From NCBI GenBank assembly GCA_030550585.1, contig JAUQPB010000001.1, positions 192,001-256,000 on the forward strand: a stretch of 64,000 bases of DNA, in the 5' to 3' direction. The notes below the pieces were generated by a model. It ran no database searches. It was not told where the DNA came from and worked only from the letters and a program-made list of their open reading frames with translations. The position numbers and the translations under genes are program-made. Shown in pieces: positions 62,607 through 64,000 of the stretch; the stretch's first letter is position 1, and the number at the start of each line of letters is the position of its first letter. The DNA is from Thermoproteota archaeon. GTDB lineage: Archaea > Thermoproteota > Thermoprotei_A > Sulfolobales > Ignisphaeraceae.

Positions 62607-63008
62607 ATGCCGATAGTCATGCGCCCACTAGATAGGATCGCAGAGAAGTGGAGGAGAAGGTCCTTGGCTGCCGCCGGGGACTACGCCGAGGGTGTTGCAG
62701 CATCTAGGAGACCGTGGCGGGAGCAGATACTGGCGTCAGCCGATAAGTGGGTGAGGGGAGTAGTAGAGGCCGTAGCTGTGAACTCGTACGCAAGGGGTGT
62801 GGCCGCTATCCCCAGTGAGCTCTGGAGGTCTAGAGCCCTAACCACCGGCGTCACCAGGTACGCTGAGGGGGTAGACAGGTCGGTAAGAGTTTACGAGGCA
62901 TTCAGGGCCCTCTCCGAGCTGATGCTACCCCCGCGTGCTCCGCGTGGAGACCCAAGGAACCTGGAGAGAGTAGTAGTGGTCGTCAAGGCGCTGAAGCGGG
63001 TGAAGTAG
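62607..63008 (+). CDS. small basic alpha-helical protein, candidate archaeal-virus nucleocapsid/structural protein
   Basis: GGTGA RBS. EKW.RR...A..DY..GV, W..GV, Y..GV repeats and LPPR.PRGDPRN.ERV match a virus-associated family recalled from memory, not verified. Confidence 0.55.
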   Translation: MPIVMRPLDRIAEKWRRRSLAAAGDYAEGVAASRRPWREQILASADKWVRGVVEAVAVNSYARGVAAIPSELWRSRALTTGVTRYAEGVDRSVRVYEAFRALSELMLPPRAPRGDPRNLERVVVVVKALKRVK

Positions 63009-63345
63009 CCTAGGTTTCCAACGACGTAATGCCGATAGATCAGTAACCGCAGAGGAAATAGTAGCCGAAGCCTTCGACTTAAAGCATTGTGTCAGGCTTT
63101 CGTAAATTTGCAGAAACCTAATACAATTATTATGCTAGGACTCGGCGATTGCGGTAGCCTTAAGAACCTAATAACCCCCTTCTCCTCAACGAGCTTTCCT
63201 GCATTTTCAACCACCTTTTCAAGTTACTGTTAAGCGTATTGGATGACGTAGTAATTCCGAGTATTTTATAGTAAATTTGAAGAAGGTATCTATTTTCAAA
63301 AAAGTTTAAAAAGCACTTAAAATAGTGATATGCCAAGGGGTTTAA

Positions 63346-64000
63346 ATGAGGAGAAATTCGGTTTTAGTCTTAGTTCTGCTGACCTTAGCCTTAGGCCTAA
63401 TGGTTTCCTCCGGATCAGCTCAGCTTAGGCGATCAACGCAACTGAGTCTCACGCCAGAAAACTTCACAGCTACTTCAGGCGGTAGCCTCACGTTTACAGC
63501 CACCCTGCTTTCAGATGGTAAACCCTTAGCTGGAAAAACCATTATCTTCTCGGCTACTCTCGGAACAGTTGATCCGCCTATGGGTGTGACAGATGCCAAC
63601 GGCAAAGTTTCGTTTGTCTACACGGCTCCGCAAACACCAGTTAGGATCTATGTGAAGATCACAGCCACCTTTGCCGGTGATTTGCTATACGAAGGCAGTA
63701 GTGCGGTCGCCTCAGGAGTCGTTGAGCCTGTGCCTTCGCCAATTCTTCCGTCGATATCCCTTGTAGGAGCCTCATTCACCATTCCTGAGACGCTAAAGGA
63801 TGATGTATCCTTGTATAGGAACTCCATTCCAAGCGATATCATGAAGACGCTGCCAACTGGTTTGCCATCAGAGGCCTTCCTGCTGGCAACTAATGAAAGC
63901 CTCTACTTGGTTTTTGCTGAGCAAAGTGATAAGGGCTTAGCCAAAGTGGAGGGTTGGCTTTTGCCGACGCACATTCAGCTTGCAGGTTTAAACATAGCTG
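63346..64000 (+). CDS. secreted/surface protein with Ig-like (Big-1/invasin-type) domain, 3'-truncated
   Basis: Own translation: MRRNSVLVLVLLTLALGLMVSSGSA signal peptide, then LTFTATL..DGKPLAGKTIIFS...G.TDANGKVSFVYTAP...ITATFAGD. Confidence 0.8.
   Translation, partial: MRRNSVLVLVLLTLALGLMVSSGSAQLRRSTQLSLTPENFTATSGGSLTFTATLLSDGKPLAGKTIIFSATLGTVDPPMGVTDANGKVSFVYTAPQTPVRIYVKITATFAGDLLYEGSSAVASGVVEPVPSPILPSISLVGASFTIPETLKDDVSLYRNSIPSDIMKTLPTGLPSEAFLLATNESLYLVFAEQSDKGLAKVEGWLLPTHIQLAGLNIA

Larger units (their letters stand above)
50875..64000. mobile_element. integrated plasmid/provirus-like element or defence island at tRNA-Arg; right boundary not in window
   Basis: Integrase directly after the tRNA, visible shift to higher GC and different codon use, orphan genes, repeats and defence genes. 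No second copy of the tRNA 3' end was seen downstream. Confidence 0.8.

Overview
Chromosomal segment of a thermophilic crenarchaeon (Thermoprotei, most consistent with Desulfurococcales). The assignment rests on Cren7, GINS23-MCM, short XPF, archaeal MAT, GAPOR and BHB-intron tRNAs. Bases 1-50874 are mostly core genome: SmAP/MAT, RIO2, class II HMG-CoA reductase, EF-2, the exosome/proteasome/prefoldin superoperon, a cdc6-rfc-gins-mcm cluster, CCA enzyme, GAPOR, pyrG, lipid genes, thrS and radA. This part also has three tRNAs (Lys-CUU with a non-canonical 45/46 intron, Pro-GGG with a 37/38 intron, Arg-CCG) and about six box C/D sRNA candidates absent from the ORF track. Directly after tRNA-Arg a visibly GC-richer integrated element begins and appears to run past the window end. 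It carries a tyrosine integrase, a ~214-bp IS200/IS605-type miniature element that may keep an omegaRNA scaffold, eight 18-bp iteron-like repeats, orphan genes, a small basic protein resembling archaeal virus nucleocapsid proteins and an Ig-domain surface protein. It also carries the best candidate for an undescribed system: an operon of AbrB regulator, Zn-finger protein, Type IIG-like nuclease-methyltransferase with an extra C-terminal beta-rich domain, and a protease-less BrxL ATPase, with no pglZ/brxC in view. All calls come from reading motifs by eye; no database search was run.
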